Positions 1 through 13,250 of a stretch of DNA of 64,000 nt are shown here, piece after piece. Below the pieces are notes generated by a model. It saw nothing but the letters and a program-made list of their open reading frames with translations, was not told the origin of the DNA and did no database searches. The DNA lies in NCBI RefSeq assembly GCF_009914755.1, contig NC_060927.1. One strand, 5' to 3'. Position numbers and translations under genes: made by a program. Origin of the DNA: the human T2T-CHM13v2.0 reference genome, Homo sapiens. The first letter of the stretch is position 1, and every line of letters starts with the position of its first letter.

Positions 1-1949
1 AATGCATAATTTATTGATTCTTAAATGGCTATTTCTTTTGATATATTCCCTATAAGCAATTTGCTTGGAAACACATCTGGCTCATAAAGGTAACAGCTGT
101 TTAAAAGAAGGTCAGTTTTATGTCTTAAAGAAAGAATACACTAATCTTTTATTTGTTACATTTCTATACCAAATCAGGAAAGCTTTATGTTTTGTAATTC
201 CATTTGGGCTTTGATGATGTTAACAATATAACAAAAATATTTCACTAAAGTTTCCAACTATTAAAAATATAGGCATTAACTCAAATATTCTTTTGTGAAA
301 AGTTGTTTCATTTTTAACAAAAGGATCCGGTTTACCTAATTTTTATAACAACACCCAGTGGACCCTGCTAGGTTGAATATTTGTTTTTATTGAAATTTAA
401 ATGCATGCATCTGTCATTTTGTTATTGAAAAAAACAAAAATATTATTAAGGGTGCTTCAAATATTTAATATTTCTCAATTTAAAAGGTTGAACCATTAAT
501 TCTTAATCACATAAAGCTGACATAGCTATTTTCATTCTTTGTAGTGGTTTTCAGACTTTCTGGATAGTTTCATTCCTCTTCTAAACATAAGAAATTATCA
601 CCTCTTATTAGTTATTTCATCCTTTATGTTTCTCTGGTGAAAACAAAGTATAACTTTTGAAATACACTTTAAAGATTTTTGAAATTTTTATTTTCTTTGT
701 GTACAAAGAAATGCACATAGAGAACAGACATTTTTAAATCCCTATAATAAAGAGCCAGGCACCTTTAACTTTACATTTCACCTTGCAGCACACACAAAAT
801 GTTTAATTATTTGAGGATTAATGGAGGTAGTTTATAATTAAGCTGAAGTATGAACTGATGTCATCATCTCAGTATGATGATATACATTTTTATGCCAAAG
901 CACCTGTTGTTTTGGAAGGAAGCAGCTGATATCATTATCTGCGCAGCCAGATAGCCCTGTTTCCTGCTGCTTAAAAAATTATCCTAAGGGTTACCTAAGT
1001 TGGAGTAATTCAGCATTTACGTTTCCATACCCAGAAGAGGACAGAATGGAGAAAATGACTTCTCCAGCAAAGAAAGAGAAAATGAGAGACACACTGGGAA
1101 AGGAGAAGGGAGAGGAAAAGGAGAACATCAATGTAGGTGACCAAAGGATACTAGAATGGTCTTTGTAATTTTTCTAAGAGCATTTGTAAGTTGCAAAAGA
1201 AGAAAGTAATTGAAGCACCTAATTAATTTTATTAATGTAAATGAAATGTTGCATTGCTGGAGGAAGTGGAGTAAAAAATATACACTTTATACTTTAATGC
1301 ATCATGTAACAAACCACATTTCTAAATACTAAGAAAAATGTTTTCATTTACAACTTTAGTGTGTACAAAATCAATGCACCACTGACAAGATACCAGTGAC
1401 CTAAATTTTCATTTTTTCACATCTAGTACTTACCCTGCCCCTGAATTTTTTTATTTACTGGTTGGCCTTTTGGTCTACTGATATATATTAGTTAGGAATA
1501 AAGGTAACCCATAAATACAAATTGCCATGTAAACATATCAATCAACATACTCTCTTGCCCTGTCACTGGCTTCATCCCCAAATTGGGAAGAAATCTCTAA
1601 GTGTCTCAGTATAAGACAACTCTACAAAGTCTCACACTGCCAAAACATGTCCAATATATATTAACTATATTTATTGATCCCATGCATGTGGACCATGTAT
1701 GCTTCCATACTCTTCTATAAAAAGTTGTTGCCTAGTCAGTGCTACTTCTTACCAAACAGAGTTCTTCTCAACTTAGTTCTTACTGTTTATTCCTCATTGA
1801 AACTCACTGCCCTAATCAATAAAGCCCATCTTCCACATATTATTTTATACATTTTTTTCCTCTACACAGGCTATCTCACATGGTGCCTACACACTAGTTA
1901 TTATATCTCCAAAGATTATTATTGTTGATTATTGAGCTACATTTTATTC

Positions 1950-2115
1950 ATACAAATATATGAGGTAGGTACTATTATTGTATTAAGATTGTACATAAGG
2001 AAGCTAGACATTATAGAGTTAAAGTAATTTGCCCCTGGTCATACAATTAGTAAATGGTAGAGTTGATATGCGACCTTAGTCTGCCATATTAAAGTATGTT
2101 GTCTTAATCATTACA
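1950..2115 (-). mobile_element. MIR SINE fragment
   Basis: atgaggtaggtactattatt...agagttaaagtaatttgcccctggtcataca is the reverse complement of the MIR core. Confidence 0.75.
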
Positions 2116-3379
2116 TATATCCTTTCTGGTACAACCTTTTCAAGTATACTATTTCCTTTCCTTAAGTGAAACCTGATTTTTCTCTGAAGACCACACTTAC
2201 AAAACTTGTGTCAGGATTGCTCAACTCTCACTTTCACTCTTTTTCTCTCCCACTCCAACACTCCTAATAGGTCAAGGGTCATGATAAGCAGCCTCTTTGC
2301 TACCTGCTGACCCAAATAGTCACACACAGTTTTCTGGTTTTTTTGTTAGGCAGCTACAGGAATTTACCTGGAATAATACAGCACAGATACAGGTCACACA
2401 GATACTGAGTTCCCAGTCACTCAATACTCGTAACATCAATGGCCTATACTCCACACTATTTCAGTCATCATGTGGGCTTCGTCATAATGGTATGCATGTA
2501 AAATTTGAAATTCTGAAACACTGCTCTAACTATGAGATATTCACCCTACATGTATTTTATTCTCATACTCCACTTACCTTGTTGTTCATCTTCTCATAAC
2601 TTCCAGTTTCTCAACCCTTTCAGAGTAATTTATTTGATTTCTCTGGTTTTTAGGTCACTTATTTCACTTCCCAGCTTGAATGCATGACCCTTGTGGTTTT
2701 GCATTTCAACTATTATCTTACTGCCACCCTAGAATCCCTTACTCTTATCATCTTTTCTCTCACCAAGTCCAAATCTGGTTATTTATTTTATATGCTTTCA
2801 TTGTTGGAGAATATCTGAAAGTCATGTTAATTGGTTCAATTACATTTCAGGCTATGTAATCTTAATGATGCCTATTGCTCTACTCCTTAACACCACACTT
2901 TTTCGAAAGTTGAAAGTGTCTTCAGATACTTCAAACAATGATTTCAGCCTGCCGTGCTTTTAAAATGGATTGTTCTCTTCAATGTTCATGCATCAACTTG
3001 CAGGTACATTTTAGGCCCTCATTGTCTTGATTTCTAAGCAACATTTGAACCTTTTCATTACTTTCATCTCTTAAACTTCCATGACACTAACAATAAAATA
3101 TTGTGGTACATGTCTATAATGCACATATTTGTATTTTTTTAATCCTCACTGATAGTTTCTCCTAATCTTTAGGTAGTATTTTACAGATAACAGACGCAAA
3201 GCTAATACAAACCAGCATTTTCTACCTATTGCTGATGAAGGGATTTTACACAGGAAGTGTCATTATTGTGCAAATGGAAGTCTTGTGTCACATATTTCCA
3301 TAAGTGAGAAAAAATTTTTCCCAACATAAAGGGTTCAAAAATCCATCAATAAGTACAGAATTCAAGATACTCTTTTAAA

Positions 3380-3800
3380 AACATAAAGTACAATAACATT
3401 TTATGTTTCACTCATCAGATCAAAAATTTTGTAACGTACTGTTGATAAGAGTGTGAGGAAATAAGCAATCCATTTGTAATCGTGTACAACCTCTGTGGAA
3501 AGCAGTATCTTTCAAAATTAATAATGTACATGACTTTTGACCCAGCAAATCTAATTTTAGGTAAATATTTTTAGGTGTACATATCCCTTCAACATAATGG
3601 TGTATGTGCAAGGATATGATCTGCAGCTTTGATAGCAACGGGAAGACACTGGAAACCACCTAAAAGTCCACAAATTATTGGAATAATTAAATATAACAGA
3701 GTATTGTGCCACAATTGGAAAGAATTATGTAGCTTTTATGTAATGATATATAAAATTTTGCAATATATTTTAGGAGAGAAAACACGGTACAAAAGACCAT
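3380..3800 (+). mobile_element. Old L1 (L1ME-type) 3' fragment
   Basis: Degenerate end-of-ORF2/3'UTR motifs: cttttgacccagcaaatc, actggaaaccacctaaaagtcc. Confidence 0.6.
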
Positions 3801-3838
3801 ACATCATAAATTACTCTCACTTTCTCTCTCTCTCCTTC

Positions 3839-3893
3839 CATACACACACACACACACACACACATGCACACACACACGTACACACAGAGAGAG
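3839..3893. repeat. (CA)n-rich microsatellite
   Basis: Directly visible CA/GA dinucleotide array. Confidence 0.9.
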
Positions 3894-3934
3894 AAAAGGA
3901 GCAGGATGTTCCATTATAGCTTAACAGTAAGAGT

Positions 3935-6900
3935 CACCAGATGGAAGGTGAAACTATGAAATGGGAGCTGGAGCCACGGAGCAGCCTCAGTTCTGCAAGA
4001 GATGTTGCCTGAGATAGAGAAGTATCTTGTCCTCTCTCCCTTTCTCTAGCCTCACAGCCTATTACCTGTGCATTCCACTGGCTGAGTCCAGTAGGAAATA
4101 AGCTCACACGAAGGCTTGGAAAATGAAACACTCAGGGATCACTCCGCTGGATATACAAAGCAGAAATGGATTGGAAGGAAAATAGGCCAGCTAGCTTTTC
4201 CTTTTTCTTAGCAGCCATTCACATTTTTGTACCCACAAATAAATTACATATAATAATGTCATGTTTTGTCTAACATGAGGCAACCATTCATTATATAAAC
4301 TGAGATCCTCTTGCCCTAGCTCCAACATTGTATCTCTCTCAAATACAGAATCTACAGAAAACTTCTGTCCAGGTGTGGCACCTCATGGCGTCTGTTGACA
4401 CAAGGACTGAAAATGTAAATTAAGCACTATTAACACTCCTTAAACAAAATAATAAGTGTATGGGGGGAGTGATTTAATTACATATATATGTGAAATATAT
4501 TAAAATATATACTGAAATACATATGTCTACCTGTATGTATACACATATGCACATACACATACACACACACCTGCATACCAAAGCAAACAATCACAGCTGC
4601 GGAAGTCCTCAGTTCTGAAGATAATTATAAAGGTGTGATTAATATATTTATCGTTTCTTTTCCCTCTACTCATAACATATTACTGTTACTCTCAAATCAG
4701 TTAATCAGTACTTTTTATTTTCAAGAGTGTCTGAGACCTAAATTCCAGAAGGTTTTACCTTTATTGTATTGGCCTCTATAATTAGCCAGGAAAGTAATCT
4801 GATAAATTCGAGGGAATCCTATGAGTTCCAAATGTAGTATTTCTTGCTATTATTTTACAGCAACAATCCGATATTTCCTTGATAAGTTGGGACAGTGAAC
4901 CCTACTAATACTAGAATTTCTCCTCTGACTGTTAATTGAAAGGCATAAAGAAACATGCCTCTGAAAATAACCCCATGGCAGCTTTAACTTCTGGATCTAT
5001 TGTATCCCATAGTAGACACTTAGACAAGTTTAAAGAAACTGAAAGAAAAATGTCTGTGAATGAATTATTAGGTATAATGGTGAGAGGAATTCTTCTCACT
5101 TCCATTTCTTGAACGCAGAAACTGTGAATGCTGGCTGTGAGAGAACTAGCATCACATAACGGTGGCAGATTCAGAGTATAATACCACATGTCATAGGAGA
5201 AAACCTCAACTTCACCTGGTTTCCCATCAGGTACCATAACTGTCTTCAGTGGGCTATCCACCAGGCCTGCTGCTTCTGGGTATTGGTGTTTGTGGTTAGG
5301 CCAGAGAACACCCTATCAGCTTACTTTTGCATTTCTCTTGCAGCAAAATATGTTCCTAAGTCAAAAGCAATGTTATACAGGCTAATATGATGGTGCATAG
5401 GGAATTCTCTAAGTCCATAGGTGGTGCTGCTGACAGGAGTACTGTGGGCATGGAATTCAAATTCATATCAAGAATGAATATACCAGTAAGGAAAAATTAC
5501 CTTTACAATGGAAAAATTTCAGCGTAATCCACCTGCAAGTTGATTGACCAGTACCTACAGAGAATCATGCCATAAAACACTCAATGTTAGCATCTGCAGT
5601 TCATAAATTAAAGACTTATCAGAGACAATATAAGGTCAACCTTGATAAGAGAAAGTATATGCTGACTTTGATATTCTAGGCCTGCTTACCGACAATCTTC
5701 CAATCCTGTTCTTTTCAAGTCCCTGACCAATGAGAACAAACATTAATCATTGCCCACGACTCAGTGTAGAACTTTTCCTCAAGTCATCGCTCCTTCCACA
5801 CAAAATGAACAGCTATATTTACTATCTAAAGTCATCCTAAGCACAAAAAAAAGCGTTGTCCCACTCCCAAATGTGATTTGTAAAGCCAATGAACTTCAAA
5901 TGAAGTATAACAAGTAAATTCTGGGGAAAAAAGTCAACCATGGGGAGGTTGACCTTTACCGCTATCCTCTAGGATTACCCCTAAGTGGGACTGTAACATG
6001 GCAGCAGTCCACCTGCAGCTTGTGCCAGCATATTGTACAAGGTCTCTGTAAACCAAGACCAACCATTTCTCTCTCCATCAACAGGTCATAGAAAGTCTAC
6101 ATGAGGCCATAGCTGCTGGTTAATGAAGGAGCAGAAATGTAATTTTCTGAATTACAGAAAAAGTAGATGTCATACAAGTATAAGCCACCTTTTCATGGTA
6201 TTTACTTGTGCTTTCAGGATTGGCTCAAGCAGTTGCTCAAATATTATATTCCAATATCATTTCACAATGTACTACTTCTGAATATATGCAACCTTAATAT
6301 AAGATAATTTTCAGGTTTCTTTCTGTTAAATTATAATTCTACAATTCCACAATTTGGACCATCATGTTTGGAAGACCTCAGTTATGTCTGCATCTCTGCT
6401 ACTACAGAAGATACTCTTTTATGGTGCCTGTAACAACTCTCTGATTATCTAATCTTGACATGAACAAGGAACTCAAAGCTGTGAGCCTATACTTGTCTTT
6501 CTGTAAGTTCATCAAAGTTGTCAGAAACAACGATTTCAAAAACAATTCTTGAAATCCTTACTGTGATACTGGTAAGAAGAGTTTGCTACTTGTTTTCCCA
6601 AAACCTTGCCTTTGACTGGCACTTCATCCAGTAAATGATAAGCTCACTTAAGCAATTTAAGCCATTGTATGCCAGCTATTAGTAATATCTCATTTTCCAC
6701 CTGCACGGAGCTTATGTTTGTGTTTGCACTCAAATGGGAAGAAACACAATCTAACAAGCCCATTTTGAAAGGCTAACTCATGGGATTAATCCAATAATAA
6801 GAAGTTTGTCAATCAAGGTTCAATCAGAAAAATAAAGTCATAAACAAATAAAAATTAATGTGATAACATAGTTAGATAGGTGACAGAAGAGACTGAGATT

Positions 6901-7280
6901 CAAATCAGGGAGTAGGGGAGAAATCCAGAGATTAACAACAGCAGAAACTGCTTTTTGCTTTAGGCTGAAGTGGCAGAGAGATCAGGAAGTATTAACAGAA
7001 TTCAGGAGCTCATGTAAATAGAAGAATCTGAATTAGAAGCATCTGGAGCAAAAGAAGAGACATGACAACTTCCTCTATACTATCTGAGGCGGAGTCCTTG
7101 GGTGACTCTGATATCTTCTTTCTACTTGTTTCTTAATATTTGACAGAACTTCCAATAGCTAAATCCTAATGGAAAAGAGCTATCCCTGGAGCCTGGGAAG
7201 TGCAACCTACAAGAGATCTGCCCACCTATAATTCAGCAGAGCAGGAAGGTGGGCAAAAAGTCACTTCTCTTGTCACATCT
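3935..7280 (-). mobile_element. Decayed ERV-L-class provirus: pol RNase H and integrase remnants, with probable degenerate LTRs at ~3935-4190 and ~6807-7280
   Basis: Minus-strand translation gives QYAGTSCRWTAAMLQSHLGVILEDSGKG at ~5950-6035 (ERV-L RNase H-like), YEFEFHAHSTPVSSTTYGLREFPMHHHISLYNIAFDLGTYFAARE at ~5335-5470 (integrase core-like) and IHSFCVQEMEVRRIPLTIIP at ~5070-5130. Frames are disrupted and the LTR family is uncertain. Confidence 0.7.
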
Positions 7281-7553
7281 GGGTTTTGAGGCCAACATGT
7301 AAAATAATAATCTGGTATGGTAAAAAAAATGATCTTGGAAATTCCTTAAGTTGCCCATAAGGTGAAGAATGGGTCTTTAAATACAAGAAGTATATCAGTA
7401 TGGAGATATGCTCATGCCGCAAGTGTTTCTAGAAGAACAGAAATCAACCAAACAGAAGTGTAACTCTGTGCCCTCTCCCACCCATGCTCTGGGATGTATG
7501 TAAATGGAGTGAAATAATAGAGACAATAATTAAATTTTTAAAAATGTGTACAT

Positions 7554-7859
7554 GGCCTAGCGTGGTGGCTCACGCCTGTAATCTCAGCACTTTGGGAGAC
7601 CGAGGCGGGTAGATCACCTTAGGTCAGGAGTTTGAGACCAGCCTGGCCAATCTGGTGTAACCCCATCTCTACTAAAAAATACAAAAATTAGCCGGGCATG
7701 GTGGTGGGCTCCTGTAGTCTTAGCTACTCATTAGGCTAAGGCAAGAGAATTGCTGGAACCTAATTCTCTGGTTCCAGTGGAGGTGGAGGTTGCAGTGAGC
7801 CGCGATCCTGCCATTCCAGCCCAGGGTGACAACAGCGAGACTCCGTCTAAAAAAAAAAA
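7554..7859 (+). mobile_element. AluS, full length
   Basis: Dimeric Alu with A tail; TSD aaaaatgtgtacat (7540-7553) / aaaaatgcatacat (7855-7868); 17-nt internal insertion at 7762-7778. Confidence 0.95.
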
Positions 7860-8149
7860 TGCATACATGTATGATGTGACTCCACTATTCTTTAAGTAGT
7901 TGTATGGGCAAAACTTAGAATTGTTAATAAGACTCTGAGGCAAAAATTGACCAACCCACTTAATCTACACCAAATTGTATGAGGCAAGAGATGTGGACCT
8001 AGTGTAGATGGAATAGACTAAAGACATCTAGAAGTTATAATAATAGTAAGCTTGATTGAAGTTTGTATAGGAAAACTAATATATAATCATCCAATCTACT
8101 ACATCTTTGAAGATAATAAAAGTGCCACTAACAATTATACCAGGAAATG

Positions 8150-8590
8150 TTGTCCCAGACAAACTCAGATACATCACATCCAAGTTATGATGATCTGTAA
8201 ATGTAATTCTTTGGATTAGGGAACTATGAGGCTAGTCTGTGCATTCAATGATGTTACAAAATTATGTTAATTTTCTTAGAGGTGATAGTGGTGTCATGGT
8301 TATGTAGGAAAATATCCTTATTCTTTAGATATGTGTGTATACTGAAGTATTTAAACATAAAGTATCATGATGCATTCAGCTTTTTATTGGATGCTTTGAC
8401 AAAAAGGAAAGATGTGTGTGTGTGTGCGTGCACACGTACATGCGCATGTATGTGTGTGTGCATGTTTGTGTGTAGAAAGAGAAAGAAAGATGGAACTAGC
8501 ACAACAATATGTTAATGGTAACTTAGATAAAGGGTATTATGTTTCTATTGTTCTGTACTTTCAACTTTTTCATGGGTTATAAATATCCAC
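8150..8590 (+). mobile_element. Old L1 (L1ME/MC) 3'UTR fragment with embedded (TG)n
   Basis: atgttaattttcttagaggtgatagtggtgtcatggttatgtagg...tactttcaacttttt typical of L1ME/MC 3' ends. Confidence 0.6.
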
Positions 8591-8699
8591 TCCCTCTCAA
8601 AATTATATTGCCTAGGGAAGAAAAAGAGGACAATATGGTAGATAAGAGGAAAATACATAATACATATTTGAATATATGTTTGTGGGGGCAATCACATTG

Positions 8700-8805
8700 A
8701 TTCCTAGCTCCTCCACACCCCTAGTGATTCAGATTTAATTGACATGAGATGAGATCAGAAACAATATATATTAATGCCTCTCAAATAGGTTTGAGAACCA
8801 TTAGC
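8700..8805. mobile_element. MER5-like hAT DNA transposon fragment
   Basis: gattcagatttaattg...ggtttgagaaccatt resembles the MER5 terminal region. Confidence 0.45.
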
Positions 8806-8814
8806 TTTGACAAT

Positions 8815-9600
8815 TAATTATGTGCTGGTGACTTTTAAGCCATACTCACTGTTCTTACTCCTCTCTTGCACTATAGTTCTGCATTTCTAGCTGTCTGATC
8901 CATACTTTCTTCTGTAGAGCTACCAGGTCCCTGAAACTTAAAATGCCTCCAGACAGTGTTATCATCTTTTCCTACCACCCCCATTTCTTCCAAACAGTTT
9001 TTATTTCTTTGCTTTTCTATTTTATTTTACTAAAGACACCTAAATTCTTCCAAGTACCTGAACTAAAATACATCAAGTTATTCTTTCTCTACCTCCCCCA
9101 TCCAACCAGCATCAGATGTTGCCAATGCCTTCCTCCCAATTGCCATCTCCATCACCGCCATGCAAGACCTCATTATCTCTCTCACTGTACCACTACAAGA
9201 GTCTCATCGTTGGTCTCTTACTTCTATTTTATCTCTCCTCAATGAATCATAGGCACTGAAACCAGAGTAAGCTTCCAAAACCACACCTCAAAAACAAATA
9301 AACAAAAACACCAAACTTTTGATTATACCCTAATACCTACTAAACTAAATGAAAATTTCATTTTCTAACTTTTAAAATTCTCCATCATATTATCCCAACT
9401 TAATATTCCAAGCTTATTTTTCATAACACCAGATACATACCTTATATTTGAGTAAAAATTCAGAACTGCATTTTCATGATCCATATCCATATTGAAATTG
9501 TTCTTTGCACATTGTTTTCCTCTCTTAACTTTCTCTTTAGAAATTAACTATTCTTTAAAGACAAAGGCACTCCTTCCTACAAAAAGTTCCTTTTATCTTG
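8815..9600 (+). mobile_element. L2 fragment
   Basis: Pyrimidine-rich L2 3'-region motifs (tatgtgctggtgactttt...catttctagctgtctg...aaacttaaaatg). Confidence 0.55.
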
Positions 9601-11379
9601 TTTAGTAAATTGCCAGAGGACTTCATTAATATCAAGCCCACTTTCTCACCTTTACTATTGGATTGAAGTTTTGCATAAGAGAAATACCATAAGAGTTCAG
9701 TGAGTTACAGCTGATTCTCTAACAATAAATTAAACTCTAGATTTTGGAAAGAATAAAAATGGGAGAAGTTGTTTGGAAGGTAGAATAGGAGGATTGTAGA
9801 AACTGACCAGTAAATGAAAATTAATGCTCCCTTTTAATAGACTAAACCAGCTTGAAACTATTTTAAAATAACTTGAAACTGTTTTTTATTAAAATTTAAA
9901 TTGATAAATGCTCCAAAACAGTGCACATAAAGCTGCAGCTATCTTGTGATTCTATCTTATCATTCTAATGTCAATGAAGAACCAAACTAAATGTTTTCTG
10001 TCATTTTTTATGTCACTATAACCTTTGGATAAAATTACAATCTTATACTAATGAGCATTTGAAAAAATAAAAAGGCTGCCCATATTAAATACACTATATA
10101 AAAAATTATACGTAATGAATATCTGTATAATTATGTGAATACCTGCTAAGTGTAAATATGCTATTGTGCTTCAATCTCTAATCCTGTGATTGTTTAAAAT
10201 GCAAAGAGAAAGGAGAAACAGAAATGTTCTAATGCTTTATCTCAAAGGAAAATGAGATATGTAGTTTCCTGTAGGATTTTTGAGGCTGTAAAATATGATG
10301 TGTTGTTTCTCTTGGCAGCACAATTATTCTTAACATTTGACATTCCACTCAAAATAAGAAATATTTTTCTTTATCTTCTGTCCATATTTATGATTTAATT
10401 GAACAACATGTCAAAAAAGTAACAAAATCATACAGAATTCAAAATGCAAGGTATAAAAGTGCAAAAGAGAGAAAAAGCTGTCATCCGGAAATGAAAGAAG
10501 TAATAGACCAAAGAGAAAATCAGTGATTAAAAATATTCGTGTTCCAATCACTTCTCATGATGTGAAAGACAAATATTAAAAAATAAATGAAAATCTCTAC
10601 TGTAGAAGTGAACAGAAGTAAAATTATTTTATCTAAACAAATTTGTCATAGGAAATGAAGTATCTAGAATGAAAAGAATTTCAACAGAAATCATGAAGGT
10701 CATAATAAAATTCTTCTAAAAATGAATTAATATGACTATAATATATCACGACATATTTTTATTAAAGGTATACTTCACAATATATCATATTATTTCTATT
10801 TACTACTTAATTAGTTTTCTTTGTAAAATTTTCTTTAGTGACTTTTATATATTTGTTTTAAAGGAATAAAGTATTTAATTATGTATTTCTTTTCTTAAGT
10901 GAAAAGTATTCTCTCAGTAGTAAGAGATAAGTTTTTACACTTTATGTAAATAATAACATACAATTTCCTTGGTTACTTAAATAAGTTTTTCTTTTTTTTT
11001 TTTAGATACTAATTTTTGCATTGCTTTTTTTTCAAATCACTATTCCTTTCTGTTGAGAAAAGTATGGCATTGTAGTGAGTTTCTAATTTTTTTCCTAAAT
11101 AATTATCATCATATTTTCCTCTACAATTTTCCTCAACTATAATTAGGTTTGGTTTGTATGCATACTTTACAAGATTCCAAATAAATTTTTTCTTTTAATT
11201 TCTTCAAAAGACTCTAATTTTTGTCTTATTCCACATTCCACCATCAGTCATGAAATATATTTCTGGCTCCAGAATCATCACGTTTCTTATAACATACATT
11301 TTAAATGCTAGGGTCTCTAGGAAGTAAGTTAATCTGACACTGAAAAATACATTTTATATATGAATAAGCACATACACCC

Positions 11380-11910
11380 TAAGTCATTCCTTCCTTTCAC
11401 TTACATACCCACATCCTTTTAGTCAATAATCCTATTGGCTCTGCTGTCAATATGTCTACAGACTCCATCCACTTCCAGCTATTTCTAATGTAGAAGTGGA
11501 TGTAGAGATTATCAGCAAATGTAGAGATGTTAGAAGTGGATGGAGTCTGTACACATATTGACTCCTTTCTAATGTATTATTTCTCACCTGAGTTATCATC
11601 ACAGTTCTCCAACTGGTCTCTTGCCTCTATCTTTGGCCCACCTTTCCTCTCTCTGCTCTTCCCCTCCTTTTATAGCCTATTCCCAAATACTGTCAAGCTA
11701 TAAATCAAAATCCTCTCCATTCTTACCATTTTACTCAGAGCTTTAGAGCCAAAGTCTTGCCCTTTGCCTAAACTGCGGTGCATGATTTGACTCCCATTGC
11801 CTCTCTGACCTCATCACTTACCAATCTTCCCTTCACTCTCTCTGCTTTATCCACACAACTCCTTGCTCTCTCTGTAGCATACCAGACTTGACCCCTGCTT
11901 TAGCATCTAA
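11380..11910 (+). mobile_element. L2 fragment containing a 30-bp inverted duplication
   Basis: L2 motifs ctccaactggtctcttgcctct, catgatttgactcccattgcctctctgacctcatc. Confidence 0.65.
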
Positions 11911-11984
11911 AGGGATAACCCAAAGTGTTTTATCCTCATCGAGTTCAACAGAACATGATATGTCACTACAATAGCTTTTTTTCT

Positions 11985-13010
11985 CATATTTGTTCAGAAA
12001 ATAGGTATTGAACTCCTCCTATTTGCCAGATACTCTGCTAAGCTTATGAAATACAAATATGCAAAAAGAAATCAGTTTCCATACAAAGCAAATAATCTAG
12101 CAAAGGAGATAAACGCTATGATAGAGATAAGCAAAGGGAGCTATGAGCCCAGAAGAGGATATATCAGTATACATTGTAGACACTCCAGCTTCAGAGAAGA
12201 GTTCAGCCCTGAAGAATTTGTAAATGTTATAATGGTTAAGAAGGAATTCAGAGGGGATTTCAGCCAAGGAATAAACAAAGGCACACAATTAGTAGAAAAT
12301 GGGATCAGTTTGGAGAACTGCAAGATAGACCCTGACATTTTGAGCTAGAGTGCTAACTAGAGATGTCCAATAGACAGATGGATATATGAGTCATAAACTC
12401 TGGACAGAGATTAAAAAATAAAGTTGAGATATAGATTTGGGAGTCATCTCAAAATGGCTTTTACAAATTAATTTTAATGTAAATAAACTAAATTGAGTGA
12501 GAAGCCAGATCAGAAAAGAGATTGTTTAGTGAATCAAACTAAACATGATTATTACAAAGGAAATCCTAGGAAGGAGCCCTGGGGACCATCAGAATTTAAG
12601 GCAAAAGCAAGGAAAAATGGACCCATAAAGGAAGGTGAACATTATGGTCAATAAAAGAAAACCAGACAGCACTACAGAAGAAGAAAACATTTCAACACTG
12701 TCAAGTGATACAGAGAAGTCAGAGGTGTAAGAATTCTATTAGTTGAGGAGTTTTTTGTTGGTCTTAGCTAAAAAGATTGTTCAGTAGTTTGATTGCCTCT
12801 AAAGCCAGATTATAACTCTTGATGTGTACATAAGTGATGTTAGTAGGAGGCGGCAGATACTTAACGATTGCAAATACAGACATGAGGTGGTGGGCTATGA
12901 AAGGGAATAAAAAACAGAATGCTCACTGAAGACAGATGTGCAATAAAGGTAGTTTTTTTAAGGTGGAAGAAACATGGATGCTTACATTTGAATGAGAAGT
13001 ATCCAGAGAA
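11985..13010 (-). mobile_element. L2 fragment(s)
   Basis: Antisense L2 3' end (tattgaactcctcctatttgccagatactctgctaag) and core gagatatagatttgggagtcatc. Confidence 0.65.
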
Positions 13011-13029
13011 AAAGAAATTTTGAATAATA

Positions 13030-13250
13030 ACAACAATAGATAGCATTTATGTCATGTTTACTTTATGAGGAGCTCTATTTTAAGTACTTTATTTGAAATA
13101 AATTATTCAACACTAGGGTGAATTTTTGTCCTCCTCACTTAATAAATAAGAATACACAGGCAAATACGTGATTAAGTAGTTTTCACAAAGTTGCACAGTT
13201 AGTAAATAAGCGAGTCAGAATTTCAAACCAGGAAATATGGCTTTAGAATT
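13030..13250 (-). mobile_element. MIR fragment
   Basis: attaagtagttttcacaaagttgcacagttagtaaataagcgagtcagaatttcaaaccagg matches antisense MIR. Confidence 0.6.
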
